From contig NC_090395.1 of NCBI RefSeq assembly GCF_036365525.1, positions 65,683,326-65,747,325 on the forward strand: a stretch of DNA of 64,000 nucleotides. Reading direction: 5' to 3'. Shown here one piece after another: positions 1 through 12,362 of the stretch. Positions within the stretch are counted from its first letter, which is position 1. Every line of letters starts with the position of its first letter. The DNA comes from Heterodontus francisci. Lineage: Eukaryota. A program made the position numbers and the translations under genes. The notes under the pieces are model-generated. The model did not search any database and was not told where the DNA came from. It saw only the letters and a list, made by a program, of their open reading frames with translations.

Positions 1-1480
1 AGGCTTGTCAGCAAGGTTAAAGCCCACGGAATAAAAGGGACAGTGGCAGCATGGATATAAAGTTGGCTAAATGACATGAAATAGAGAATTGTGGTGAACA
101 GTTATTTTTTGGACTGGAGGAAGGTATATATTCTGGGGCTCCCCAGGAATTGGTATCGAAACCACTATTTTTCATGATCCACATTAATGACTGGGACATG
201 TGTGTGAAGAGCACAACTTCAAAAGTTTCAAATGACACAAAGCTTGGAAGTATAGTGAACGGTGAGGAGGACAAGGTGCTTAAGATCACAAGGCTATTTG
301 GCATGCGGGCCGCCATTTTTTTAGCCAGGTTTGGCATGGGCACTTAAAACCCAGCGCAGAGTCTGTGGATGGAATCTATGTGATTGTGCACCTGTACTCA
401 CCTTTCCTGACTGTTTAGGTCATTAATGTGTATCTGCACTGAACACAGGAACATGGTACAAGTCCCTGCTGCTGACCTCAAGCATGTTGAATTGATGCCA
501 GCAGCAAGTGAAAGATGATCATGTGTATAATTATCACTTAAAACGTTCTTACTGCGACATTTGTAATTCATGTCTTTGCTCCCCCACAGGGCGTTCAAGA
601 GTCCACAGGAGGTGCTCTAGGAAGACGAATCCCCAGAGGAGGTCACTCCCTCTGAGGGTGAACAGTCACAGCACTCACCCAGACCGTGCGTCAGCTCAGA
701 TACAATTTGGTGAGACCATGGAATAAAATAGAGAGTGACAGCATGGATAAGAAATTGGTTAAGTGACAAAAAACAGAGTGAAATAAGGGGTTCTTTTTCA
801 GACTGGAGGAAGGTATACAATGATGATCCTCAGCAGGCGGTACTAGAACCAATGCTTTTCTTGATCTATGTTAATGACTTAGACATGGGTAAAGAGCAAA
901 ATTTCAAAATTTGCGAATGCCGCAAAACTTGGAGGTATACTGAACTGTGAGGAGGATAGTGATAAACTTCCAGTGGACGTAGAGAGGTTGGTGGAAGGAG
1001 CAAAACGTGGCAGATGAAATTTAATGCAGAGAAGTGCCAAGTGATACATTTGGTAGGAAGATCAAGGAGAGGCAATATAAAATAAAAGATACAATTCTAA
1101 AGGGATGCTGGAGCAGAGGGACCTTGGGTTAGATGTGCACAAATCATTGAAGGCGGGAGAGCAGTTAATAGAGGCATAAGGGATTGTTGGCTTTATAAAT
1201 AGAGGCATAGAGTACAAAAGCAAGGAATTTATAGTGAACCTTTATAAAACACTGGTTCAGCTGCAACTGGAATATTCTGTCTAATTCTAGGCACCACACT
1301 TTAGGAATTATTAGAGGAGGGTTCAGAAAAAAATTTATGAGAATGATTCCAGGGATAATGGATTTCAGTTACATGGTTAGATTGGCAAAGCTGGGGTTGT
1401 TCTCCTTAGAGAAGAGAAGGTTGAGTGAAAATTTGATAGAGGTGTTCAAAATCATGATGGATCTGGACAGAGGAGTCAGG
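1..1480 (+). mobile_element. Decayed CR1 RT fragments (1-280, 717-1480; tail at about 2530-2655); paralogs at 42472-44200
   Basis: WIRNWLS, LFLIYVNDLD, LGLFSLEKRRL..LIEVFKIM. Confidence 0.8.
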
Positions 1481-2530
1481 GAGAAGCTCAACACTATCCA
1501 GGACAAAGCAGCCTGCTTGATTGGCACCTAATCCACCATCTTAAACAAGGTGATCCTTTATACCAATGCTATAATGGAGAGATGAACTACAACAGGTAGT
1601 TTGATGGGAACAAGGTCAAGTAGGTTTTTCCCTTGTGTTGGTTCTCTCACCAATGTCCTCAGACCCAGTCAGGCAACTATGTCCTTCGGAATTCAACCAA
1701 CTCAGTTAGCAGTGGTGCTACCAAGCTACTTTAGGTGATGAACACTGAAGTTCCCTCGCTCAGAGTACTTTCAGTGTCCTTGTTACATTCAGTGATTCTT
1801 CCAAGTGGTGTTCAGCATGGAAGACTTCTGATTCCTTGATTGAGGGAGGGTGGTAGGTGACAATTAGCAGGATTCCTTTGCCCATGTTTGACTTGACACT
1901 TTGAGACTTCATGTGGTCCGCAGTGAATGTTGAGGACTCTTGGACCAGTTTCTCCTGAGTGGATACTCCTCTTCCGTCACCTCTGGTGGATCTGTCCTGC
2001 CAGTGGGACAGGACATAACCAGGGATGGTAATCCAGAAGTCTGGAACATTAGCTGAAACGTATGATTCTGTGAGTGTTAATATATCAGACTGTTGCTTGA
2101 CTGGGTCTGTGGGACAACTCTCCTAATTTTGGAAAAGTCCCCTGATGTTCATGAGGAGGACTTTGCCGTGTCAACTGAGTTCGGTATGCTATAGTCATGC
2201 CTGGTGCCTAGATGGAAACAGGATGGTCCATCCAGTTATATACTTATTCGACTTTCTCACAGCCATTTGCGACTGAATGGCATGCAAGGCCAAGTTAAGA
2301 GTCAACCACATGGCTGTGAATCCAGAGTCACACACAGACCATACTGGGTAACAACAGCTGGGCATTAAAGCAGTTGGATTTTGATGAGAATCTGATGCTT
2401 TCATGGTTACATGGCTGATATTAGCTTTTTCATTCCAGATTTGTTTAATTAATTGAATTTAAATTCCCCAGTTGTCTGGTGGGTTCCGAACTCATGTCTC
2501 TGTCAATAGTCTCGGTCTCTGAATTACTAA
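1481..2530 (-). mobile_element. Older tRNA-headed LINE fragment (head + EN, minus strand) with a short inverted RT-end piece at 1481-1547; paralog at about 44200-47515
   Basis: Reverse complement resembles the head (..TAGTAATTCAGAG..GAGTTCGGAACCC..) and the EN N-terminus; shared by both gene copies. Confidence 0.65.
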
Positions 2531-2814
2531 GGGATATGGGGACAGTACGTGAAAATGTCATTGAGTCACAAGATCAACCATGATCTAGTTGCGTGGCGAA
2601 GCAGGCTCAAGGGGCCAAATGGAGAATTCCTGCTCCTATTTCCTATGTTCCTATGTAACATAACCACAATGCTACCTGATGTCTGTTCATTATTCACCAG
2701 ACTCTGCACTGCTGCGGAACCTCGGGATATCAGACCTGTCATGTTTCCTCCCAGATAAAACATTGATCAGACATTTCAGTAGCAAGAAATAAAGTAAATC
2801 ACTGAGAAATGTAC

Positions 2815-3117
2815 CATAAGATATTTGTAGCTCTACAGCAAATACTGGATCGAAGCCAGATTGTTCAATACCACAGCTGTACCATCCTGCATCGCTTAAG
2901 CGAAGATCCTTCATAGTAACAACAAATATTCCTTGTGTTTTGTTATCAGTGATTGATATTCTTCCTCCATGTCCATGTTGCTCATTTGTTTTTACGAAAA
3001 CTGAACTCTGGTTGCTCCAATATTTTACGTGTGACTGGTACCATTTGCCATAGTGACAATCTATTGTGATCACTCTTCCCAAAACTCCTGTTACTTTCTT
3101 TTTTGCACACAACGCGC
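2815..3117 (-). CDS. Copy A V2 exon (CD300/pIgR-type Ig V), intact, 303 nt, phase 1-1
   Basis: TTTCAG|GC acceptor, G|GTAC donor; ITIDCHY..KYW..GRISITD..DAGWYSCG. The gene should continue beyond the left window edge; by analogy with copy B the next C2 exon begins about 0.9 kb outside. Confidence 0.88.
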
Positions 3118-3351
3118 CTGAAACTGAAGAGATAACATTTCAGAAATTGAACAGGAAATAACTGTTGAATACAAACAGATACAATTTACGTGGGGAGAGG
3201 CGGGTCTTTCAGAGCAGTGAGAGACCTTTTGACAGCTATGCAGCAGGTGCTGGGGCCCTATTTTAAGCACCCCAGCACCTGCTTCCTGACAGCTGTCAAA
3301 GAAATACTTACCTGATGGCTGAAGAGTGGGGGCTGCTGTCAATCTGACAGC

Positions 3352-3510
3352 AAAGCAGAAAGTGCTGGAGAAACTCAGTACGTCAGGCAGCATCTGTGGA
3401 GAGAGAAGCAGCGTTAACTTGATCAAGTTCACAGACCTGAAAGTTAACTCTGCTTCTCTCTCCACAGATGCTGCCTGACCTGTTGAGTTACCCCAGCACT
3501 TTCTGCTTTG
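3352..3510. repeat. Palindromic Penelope-terminus-like element (about 65-bp inverted arms)
   Basis: CAGAAAGTGCTGG..GCAGCATCTGTGGAGAGAGAAGCAG..GTTAAC and its reverse complement; related to 29070-29270, 57350-57490, 58357-58455. Confidence 0.7.
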
Positions 3511-4089
3511 CCGCTACATACGTACCCTGCTGTGTCCCCGTGTCCTGTGAAGTTGCGATCCTTTTCTCCCACTCAAGTGTAACATTCCTTCTTGTAAGCG
3601 TGCCGCACTTGGGTGAATAATCTTAATTTTGTACATTCTGTGAAGTGAGACTTAAATATACCATAAAAGGCAAATACACAACAGAAATAAAACCAAGATT
3701 GAAGAATAGTTACCTACTATGAGCATTCAATCATCTGACTGTGAAAAGCCGCAGACTAATATGCATTTGGAATCTGTATTCATTTCTCTGCTAATTGTTA
3801 CGTGAAAATACATATAATCACAATTATACGATCTTTGTTAAAAACAGGAAAATATGTTCATATTCTAGCTGCATTGCCAACGGGGAATATTACACCAATA
3901 ATTATGATCAACAGCTGCAGAAGCAAAGTGTTTGTGAACATGTGTCGATGTGTACTTGTTGAAAAACCATGACAAAAGCACAGATTTCCCCACCAGTCCT
4001 GCATTGGATTTCAAACATGTGCAAGACAAACCTTGCAGCTAGAAGTTAGAGCTGTTACACGGTGGAGTCACCTATGAATTTAAAGGACC

Positions 4090-6211
4090 ATACCAAAAGC
4101 CGAGGATGGCAGAGGGAGATTCCAGGGTAACTCCACAGTTCAGCAATGCCTCCCTGCTCACTCTCCTCCAGGCTGTGCGGGCTATGTGGGAGGTCCTTTT
4201 CACCAGTGCCGGCAGAAGAGGCCCTCCCCCTGAACAAGGCAGTCTGGTTGGAGATGGCAGAGGAGGTGAATAGCCAAGGGGCCTTCCACTGTCAAAGGGT
4301 CCAGTGCTGGAACGGGATGAAGGAGCACTCCTCCAGCCAGCTGGGGCACGCTAGCCCTCGTGTGCACAGGCTATGAGCACCAAAGTCATCAACAGCCAAA
4401 GGGCAATCAGATCAGCAGCCTTCCTCCAGTCAGGCTGCTAGCGCAGAGGTTGCACCAAGAAGGGACAACCTCTCCATTTACAGAGAACACACTGACACAA
4501 ATGGGAATGCACGGGTGTCACAGTAATGTAAATATGTCTTTCATTAAATGTTCCTCACCAACATATGTGTCCTTTTCTCTGTGTGAATGATGTGTGCCAG
4601 CATGTAGCACCAATGTCACATCCCTTTGCACCTTTGGATCTTCAGGAGAGCCAACGTGTGCAATAACAATTGCTATGCCACCATTACTCAGTGAGTGTCT
4701 CCACAGATGCAGTGACATGGACATTGGCTCAGTCAGCTGCTGCCTCTAATGGTTTACACAGGGTTGCTGCAGATGTGGACTGGTGCACAGCAGGTGAGCG
4801 AGGGGGACGTGTGGCTTGCAGAGCTCATGTCGGTTCCTATGGAGCAGACAGCCTTTGTCTGATAAGCTACTGCCGTACATCCCTAGCTCACTGCTAGCCC
4901 TGCGTGCAGAGCCTGGGTGCCAATTTCCCTCCCAAGCATCTTTCATGTTGTAGGTCTTCAGCGTCCTCACAGTCTGAGGAGGAATCCTGTTGATGTCTCT
5001 CCTCATCATACCAGGCCTGGCCCCTGCTAGGTGCGTAGTTGTGCAAAGCAGCAAAGAAAGGAGATGGCCTTTTTGGTCCGTAGTACAGGGCATCACCCTA
5101 TCCATCCAGGCACTGAAGACGCTCTTTCAGCATGCTGATCTCCTGCTCAATAGTGGCTCATGTAGCTCAGTGGCTGGCGTTCTATCTCTCCTCTGCAGCA
5201 AGGGATAGCCTTTATCTCTAAGGAGCCACCCCTCTATCTGAGCCAGTTCAGTGAACAGAAGTGACAGCTGGGACCGGCGCAGGCCTCAGGTGTCATGGAA
5301 GCGGGCACAGATTTGCATGAAGCATCTGCGTTGATCACATACCAGCTTCACCTAGATTGAGAGGGCTCCTTTAATGGTGACGTCTGCGGGTGGTAGCCTG
5401 GCAGGAGGCCTGATGGCCACATGACTGCAGTCTATGAACATTATAAACTATGGTTCTCCGGCAATGGTGCTGAAACTGATGGCCCTCTGAGCCTGGCTGT
5501 GAGAGTCCGTCCTGAAGTGGACATACTCACTGGCCTTCCGGTGCAGGGCATTGGTGACCTCCCTGATGCAGCAGTGCATTGCTGACTGTGTGACCCCACA
5601 AAGGTTTCCAGTGGGCCCCTGGAAAGCTGTAGAGGAGTCAAGCTTGAGAACTGCTGCCACTATGAGGACCAAAGGCATAGGATGTCCACTGAAGCCCATG
5701 GGCTGCAGGTCATCTTTGAGCAGGGCATAGAGATGTGTCACCACCCTCTCTACATGTACAATCACCTCTGACACTGGTGCTCTGACATCCGATGGCATGT
5801 CATGCAATTTTAATGTCGAGCTCCCCTTGGGGGCTGCTGTTCACAACCGGAGGCCTCTACGTGGATCGCACCTGCCTGTTGATTTTGCCTCTGGTGCATA
5901 TGGATCCTCACGAGCAGAGGATCACACAATGTAGGATGAGCCAGACCTATTTCCATGTGATAAATAAAGTTGAACCCTTTATGTATTCGAAGAAGTTCTA
6001 AGTAAAATCAGGAAGAGTCAATGGAGAGGCAACGGGCTGCATAATCTGCGGAGGTAAGTACCGTTTAACATATTCTAATTGGGGTGCCGCCGCAGGTAAT
6101 TTGTGGCGGGGCCTTCTCGACTTCACGGGTCAAGGCGGGCCTCTCCCTGCAGAATTTTGTCGGCCTCCAGACCCTGACCCGTGGCATTGAGGGGCCGGTA
6201 ATATTCAGCCC
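4090..6211. mobile_element. PIF/Harbinger transposon remnant: DDE transposase (minus, about 5030-5810) converging on a Myb/SANT-like gene fragment (plus, about 4150-4320)
   Basis: HPMP..FQGPTGNLCGVTQSAMHCCIREVT, GWLLRDKGYPL, IEQEISMLKERLQCLD; WLEMAEEV..VQC; terminal GGGCTGAATATT (reverse complement) ending at 6211; copy A only. Confidence 0.8.
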
Positions 6212-6600
6212 TGTGTGTCCACTCCAAAGACTTGAGCACATAATCTAGGCTGACACTCAACACTGCAAGACTGAGGGAGTGCTGCACTGTTGGTGGTGTT
6301 GTCTTTCAGATGAGATATTAAACTGGGACCTGCCTGCCCTCTCGGACGGGTGTAAAAGCTCATATGACACTAATTCGAAGAAGAGCAGGGGAATACTCCC
6401 CAGAGTTCTGACAAACATTTATCCCTCAACCAGAAAACAGATTATGTGATCGTTATAACTTTGCTGTTTGTGGGAATTTGCTGTTTGTAAATTGGCTGCT
6501 GAGCTTTCTACAACAGTGGCAGAAATTCAGATAAATAATTGGATGAGCAGCACTTTAGAACTTCCTGAAGTTGTGAAAGGCATGAATCAAATGCAATTCC
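6212..6600 (+). mobile_element. Deu-domain SINE; related copies at about 16490-16920, 22520-22690 plus 23700-23960, 31240-31510, 48345-48790, 54290-54720, 58130-58350
   Basis: Shared core CTGAGGGAGTGCTGCACTGT..GATGAGA..TTAAAC..GAAGAGCAGGGG..TTTATCCCTCAACC..GCTGTTTGTGGGA. Confidence 0.7.
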
Positions 6601-6718
6601 ATATTGTTCCTAATTTCTTAGAGGGACTGAAGATACTTGATCAGTGTCAGTTTGGATTGAGATAAATAGATTAATTAATGATATGAATTTTTGTTTCAAA
6701 TTACCACTTAACACTCAC

Positions 6719-7042
6719 CATTGCTGCGGATTTGTGTCACATAACGGCAGTTTTGCCCCGATCTGTTGAAGACTGACACGTGAACCATTTCACTGGATTT
6801 TTCTCCATGATTATTTGAGGCTGTGCAGTAATAATCATGCTGTTGCTGTGTGAAGGATTGACAATGTAGATCCAGTTTATTGGTGTCAGAGATCTTTGAA
6901 TCTTCAGACGGGGTCTTTTCATACCATGCGTACTGAATGGGAAGGGATCCCCAGACAGACTCACAGTAGATGGACACTGAGCCCCCGGAACATGAGAGAT
7001 TTGGTGGTGATAAAAATCTCAGTACAGGAACAGACATGGATT
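6719..7042 (-). CDS. Copy A first C2-type (FCRL-like) Ig exon, intact, 324 nt, phase 1-1
   Basis: CCCACAG|AA acceptor, G|GTGAGT donor; SVPVLRFL..C..GSLPIQYAWY..YYCTASNNHG; no stops. Confidence 0.88.
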
Positions 7043-7859
7043 CTGTGGGAAAGAAACAAACATTCAGATACTGACTGAACATCTAAAAATCAAATACTCT
7101 CCAGTTATCAGCACTTCTGTACCTCATGTTGGAATCTCACCAGCACATCTACCTCTCCATATCTCTCCTTCCTTTTCGCAGCCTGAACTACCATGTTTAC
7201 CATTGCATCAGAACAGATCAAGGCTGCAGATCAGGACAGCAGCAATGATACTGAGAATGTGTCAACATGAAAATTAGGCTAACAATGTCAATAGCAGGTA
7301 GCCAGTTTCCTATGCCGTTTAAATTTTTGACTCTTGAATGTGCATGAGTTGGAAAGAGTCTGAGAAAACCACAGCAGAAAATGAGGGTAAAGTATTGGAA
7401 GATATGTTACTTGTTTTGTGGCTTTAGATACGGAATGCAATTGTAACAGATTGAAGTTAGCTGCAGCTGGAAAGGAGGCCTTTGGCCCCAAAATTTCTGG
7501 GGTGTGGGGAGGGAGCGCGAGTGTGGTCAGTAAACCCGGAAATGCTGGGAAGGTGGAGGTTATCACAAATGTAACAGCAGAACCTCCCAAGAAGTCATTT
7601 GCACCATTTCCTGCCCAACAGTGAGCCAGATTGAGAGTCTGATCAGTTGCCGAGTGTGAAAACCTGCTGTAGAAGTGGGGGCGAGGAGTCAGAAGGTGGC
7701 AACAAGGAGGAAGGATGGGAAAGAGAGATTGCTGTCATGTTTGACCAATTGCAGTGTGGGACAGATCGCAGCAGATGGCTTGTTTGGGGGCTGGGGTGAA
7801 ACACTCCTGCTCCTTCTGGCCCACAAGCAGTGCTGGAAAAACATTGACCTGCTGTTGTT

Positions 7860-8105
7860 GAGAAGGATTTTTTTCACCCAGAGAGAGGTGGGCTTCTGGA
7901 ACTCACTGCCTGAAAGGGTAGTAGAGACAGAAACCATCATCACATTTAAAAACACTTGGATAGGCACTTGAAGCGCCATAACTTAAAGGGCCATAGACCA
8001 AGAGCTGGAAGGCAGAATTAGACTGAATAGCTCATTGTCAGCTACCACGGACACGATGGGACGAATGGCTTCTTTCTGTGGCTTAAATCTTTCCATGTTT
8101 CTATG
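7860..8105 (+). mobile_element. CR1 3' end; paralog at about 50065-50310
   Basis: FFTQREVGFWNSLPE followed by a CR1-type tail. Confidence 0.7.
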
Positions 8106-8540
8106 TTAAGAAAGAAGGATAGTGTTGTGTAAGGACCTGAAAGGGTTCATGTTAGAGACAGTGAGAGCAACGCCTCCCACAGAAGTGATGATGATGTAAC
8201 AGTCACATGGTAATGGGCTTTGGAAGAAGAGAGTAGCAGCACAAAGGATGCTAGCTAGAGAGGCTTATGGAAAGTGTCAATCGAGATGTGTGACTACTAA
8301 GTCATCCGTTCACCTATCCCGACTTTGAAACTTTATCAACAATCTCCTAGCTATTACTACAACAACAACACACACAAAGGGTGCATGTGATGTGATGATA
8401 TGGGTTTGACAAGATAGATTGTAGGGGATGGAATCTATGTAATTGTGCACCTGTACTCACCTTTCCTGATTGTTGAGGTCAGTAATGTGTATCTGCACTG
8501 AGTCCAGGAACATGGTACAACACTCCTGCTGCTGACCTCA

Positions 8541-8865
8541 CACAGTGGTGCAGTGGCTAGCACTGCAGCTTCACAGCTCCAGCAATCTGGGTTCGGTTCT
8601 GGGTACTGCCTGTGTGCAAGTTCTCCCTGTGACCATGTGGGTTTCCGTCGGGTGCTCTGGTTTCCTCCCACAGCCAAAGACTTGCAGATTGATAAGTAAA
8701 TTGGCCATTGTAAATTGCCCCTAGTGTCGGTAGGTGGTAGGAAAATTGAGGGGATGTGGTAGGGAGTAGGGGGTTAATGTAGGATTAGCATAAATGGGTG
8801 GTTGTTGGTTGGCACAGACTCAGTGGGCTGAAGGGCCTGTTTCAGTGCTGTATCTCTCTATGACT
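8541..8865 (+). mobile_element. V-SINE (HE1-like): tRNA head, V domain, CR1-like tail; copy A only
   Basis: GGTTTCC..GGGTGCTCTGGTTTCCTCCCACA..AAAGAC core; tail GGGCTGAAGGGCCTGTTTC..GTGCTGTA. Confidence 0.8.
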
Positions 8866-8974
8866 TCTATGTTGAGCTAATGCCAGCAGCGAGTGAAAGA
8901 TGATCATGTGTATAATGATCACTTAAAGCACACTTACCATGACAGTTCTAATTCACATCTTTACTCTCCCACAG

Positions 8975-9449
8975 GATTTACCGGAATGATTCCGGGTTGA
9001 GGGAGTTCAGCTACTTGGATAGATTGGAGAAGCTGGGGTTATACTACTTGGAGAAGAGAGGTTGCGAGGCAGTTTGATGCAGGTGTTCAAAATCATGAGA
9101 GGTCTCGACAGAGTAGATAGAGAGAAACTATTCCCATTGGTGGAAGGGTCAAGATGCAAAGGTCATAGATTTAAAGTGATTGGCAAAAGAACCAAATGGT
9201 GACATGAGGAGAAACTTCTTTATGCAGTGAGTGGTTATGATCTGGAATGCACCGCCTGAAAGGGTGATGGAGGCAGATTCAATCATGCCTTACGAATGGG
9301 AATTGGATAGATACCTGAAGGGAAAAATTCACAGGGCTACAGGAAAAGGGTGATGATGGGGGACCAACAAAATTGCGTTTGCAGAGTGTTGGCATGGATA
9401 CATGGACAGAATGACTTCCATCTGTGGTGTAACCATTCTATTTTTCTCT
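8975..9449 (+). mobile_element. CR1 3' fragment; longer paralog at 50610-51518
   Basis: LDRLEKLGLYYLEKR; QPQLEYCVQF in copy B. Confidence 0.75.
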
Positions 9450-9909
9450 GGGCTGGATTTTATGGGCGCCCCTGAGGCAGGGTCAGAGGCGGGGTGTACC
9501 ATAGAATCATATCGGGTGTCGGGGGAACGGAAGGTTCGAACCAGCGGCAGGATATGGGGGGCCTCCGCCATGCGGGGAGGGCACCTTGTAAAAAGAGGCA
9601 CACTCCCTGCTGGCTTGACGCCGGGGGGAGGGGGTGGTGACCCTCCTTCAAGAGCAATCTGTGGCCCACAGAGGACCCCGTCCAGCAAAAACTACAACTC
9701 CATGATCCCCACCTCCCACCAGACATCACGTCCACCCTCCCACCTCACCTCACCAGTGCAAACCAGAGTGTCCCCAGTGACCCCGCCTCACTTCACTGAG
9801 TTCTGGTGTTCCAGCACTGGGCCTGGGTCCAAGGCCTCTGCAGTATGGGCAGTGGCCACCGGGCTTGGTGGTGCTGCCAATACTACTGAGCTGCCAGCCC
9901 TGTGACTAT

Positions 9910-12362
9910 GGGGAGGCAGACTAGACTAGTAACCTAGAGACCCAGAGTATTGCTCTGGGGCCATGGGTTCGAATCCCACCACAGCAGAAGGTGGAAATTG
10001 AACGCAATTAATAAATCTGGAATTAAATGCTGGTCTAATGATGGCCATGAAACCATTGTTGATTGTTGTAAAAACCCATCTCGTTCACTAATGTCCTTGA
10101 GGGAAGGAAATCTGCTGTCCTTACCTGGTCTGGCCTACATGTGACTCCAAATCCACAGCAATGTGGTTGACTTTTAATGCCCACTGAGAAGCCCTAGCAA
10201 GCTTCTCAGTTGCATCAAACCACTAGAAAGTCAATAAGAAATGAAACTGGACAGACCACCTGGCATCGACCTAAGCACCGGAAGCGACAATGGCAAACTC
10301 AGCCCTGTCGACCCTCCAAAGTCATCCTTACTAACATCTGGGGGCTTGTGCCAAGGTTGGGAGAGCTGTCCCACAGATGAGTCAAGCAATAGCCTGACAT
10401 AGTCATTCTCACGAAATCATATCTTACAGACAAAGTCCCAGACACCTCTATCGCCTTCCCCGGGTATGTCCTGCCCCACTGGCAGGACATACCCACCAGA
10501 GGTGGTGGCACAGTGGTATACAGTCAGAAGGGAGTTGCCCTGGGAGTCCTCAACATCGACTCTGGATGCCTTGAAGTCTCATGGCATCAGGTCAAACATG
10601 GGCAAGGAAACCTCCTGCTGATTACCACCTACTGCCCACCCTCAGCTGATGAATCAGTACTCCTCCATGCTGAACACCACTTGGAGGAAGCACTGAGGGT
10701 GGTGAGGGCACAGAATGTACTCTGGGTGGGGGACTTCAATATCCATCACTAAGAGTGGCTCGGTAGCACCATTGCTGGCCGAGTCCCAAAGGACATAACT
10801 GCTAGAGTGGGGCAGTGGCAGGTGGTGAGGGAACCAACAAGAGGGAACAACCTACTTGACCTTGTCCTCACCAATCTGCCTGTTACAGATGCATCTGTCC
10901 ATGATAGTATTGGTAGGAGTGACCACAACACAGTCCTTGTGGAGACGAAGTCCAGTTTGCACACTGAGAGTACCTTCCATCGTGTTGTGTGGCACGACCA
11001 CCATACTAAATGGGATAGATTTCAAACAGATCTAGCAACACAAAACTGAGCATACATGAGGCGCTGTGAGCCATCAGCAGCAGCAGAATTGTACTCAACC
11101 GCAATCTATAACCTCATGGCCCAGCATATCCCCACTCTACCACCACCGTGACCTCATTACAGCCTTGGTTCAAACATGGAAAAAAGAACTGAACTCAAGA
11201 GGTGAGGTGAGAGTGACTGCCCTTGACATCAAGGCAGCATTTGGCAGAGTATGGCATCAAGGAGCCCTAGCAAAACTGAAGTCAATGGGAATCAAGGGGA
11301 AAACTCTCTGCTGGTGGGAGACATACCTCGCGCAAAAGAAGATGGTTGCGGTTGTTGGAGGTTAATCATCTGAGATCCAGGACATCACTCAGGGTAGTTT
11401 CCTAGATCCAACCATCTTCAGCTGCATCATCAATGACATTCCTACAATCATAAGGTCAGAAGTGGGGATGTTCGCTGACGGTTGCACAATGTTCAGCAAA
11501 ATTCATGAATCCTCAGATACTGAAGCAGTCCATGTAGAAATGCAGCAAGACCTGGACAAAATCCAGGCTTGGGCTGGTAAGTGGCAAGTAACATTCATGC
11601 CACATAAGTGCCAGGCAATGACTATCTCCAACAAGAGAGAATCTAACCATCTCCCCTTGACATTCAATGGCATTACCATCGCTGTCAACCCCACTATCAA
11701 CATCCTGGGGTTCACCGTTGACCAGAAAATGAACTGGACCAGCCATATTAATACTGTGGCTACAAGAGCAGGTCAGAGATTAGGAATTCTGTGGCTAGTA
11801 ACTCACCTCCTGACTCCCCAAAGCCTGTCCACCATCTACAAGGCACAAGTCAGTGATGGAATACTCTCCACTTGCCTGGATGGGTGCAGCTCCAACAACA
11901 CTCAAGAAGCTTGACACGATCCAGGACAAAGCAGCCCGCTTGATTGGCACCCCATCCACAACATTCACTCCCTCCACCACCGACGCACAGTGGCAGCAGT
12001 GTGTTCCATCTACAAGATGCACTGCAGCAACACACTGAGGCTCCTTATTCGGCACCTTCCAAACCCACGACCTCTACCACCGAGAAAGAGAAGGGCAGCA
12101 TATGCAAGGGAACACCACCACCTGCAAGTGCCCCTCCAAGCCACACACCATCCTGACTTGGAACTATGTCACCATTTTTTCACTGTCTCTGGGTCAAAAT
12201 CCTGCAACTCCCTTCCTAACAGCACTGTGGGTGTACCAACTTCACATGGGCTGCAGCGGTTCAAGAAGGTGGCTCACAACTTCTTTCACAAGTGCAATTA
12301 GGGATGGGCAATAAATGCTGTCCTAACCAGCGATGCCCACATCCTATGAATGAATAAGAAAT
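9910..12362 (+). mobile_element. tRNA-headed LINE copy with head, EN, RT and tail; internal deletion at about 11145; nested in a Harbinger MITE; copy A only
   Basis: B box GGTTCGAATCC at 9966-9976, EN and RT motifs, tail GCCCACATCC..GAATGAATAAGAAA; absent at the paralogous site near 52005. Confidence 0.9.

Noticed and set aside
2815-3117. Rearranging antigen-receptor (Ig/TCR/NAR) V segments
   Set aside because: The exons include the G strand and end at GT donors; no heptamer-nonamer RSS was seen; the motifs are CD300/pIgR-type.
5448-5807. Host HARBI1 gene
   Set aside because: Frameshifts and stops, a TIR-like end, a companion Myb fragment and absence from the paralog indicate a transposon relic.
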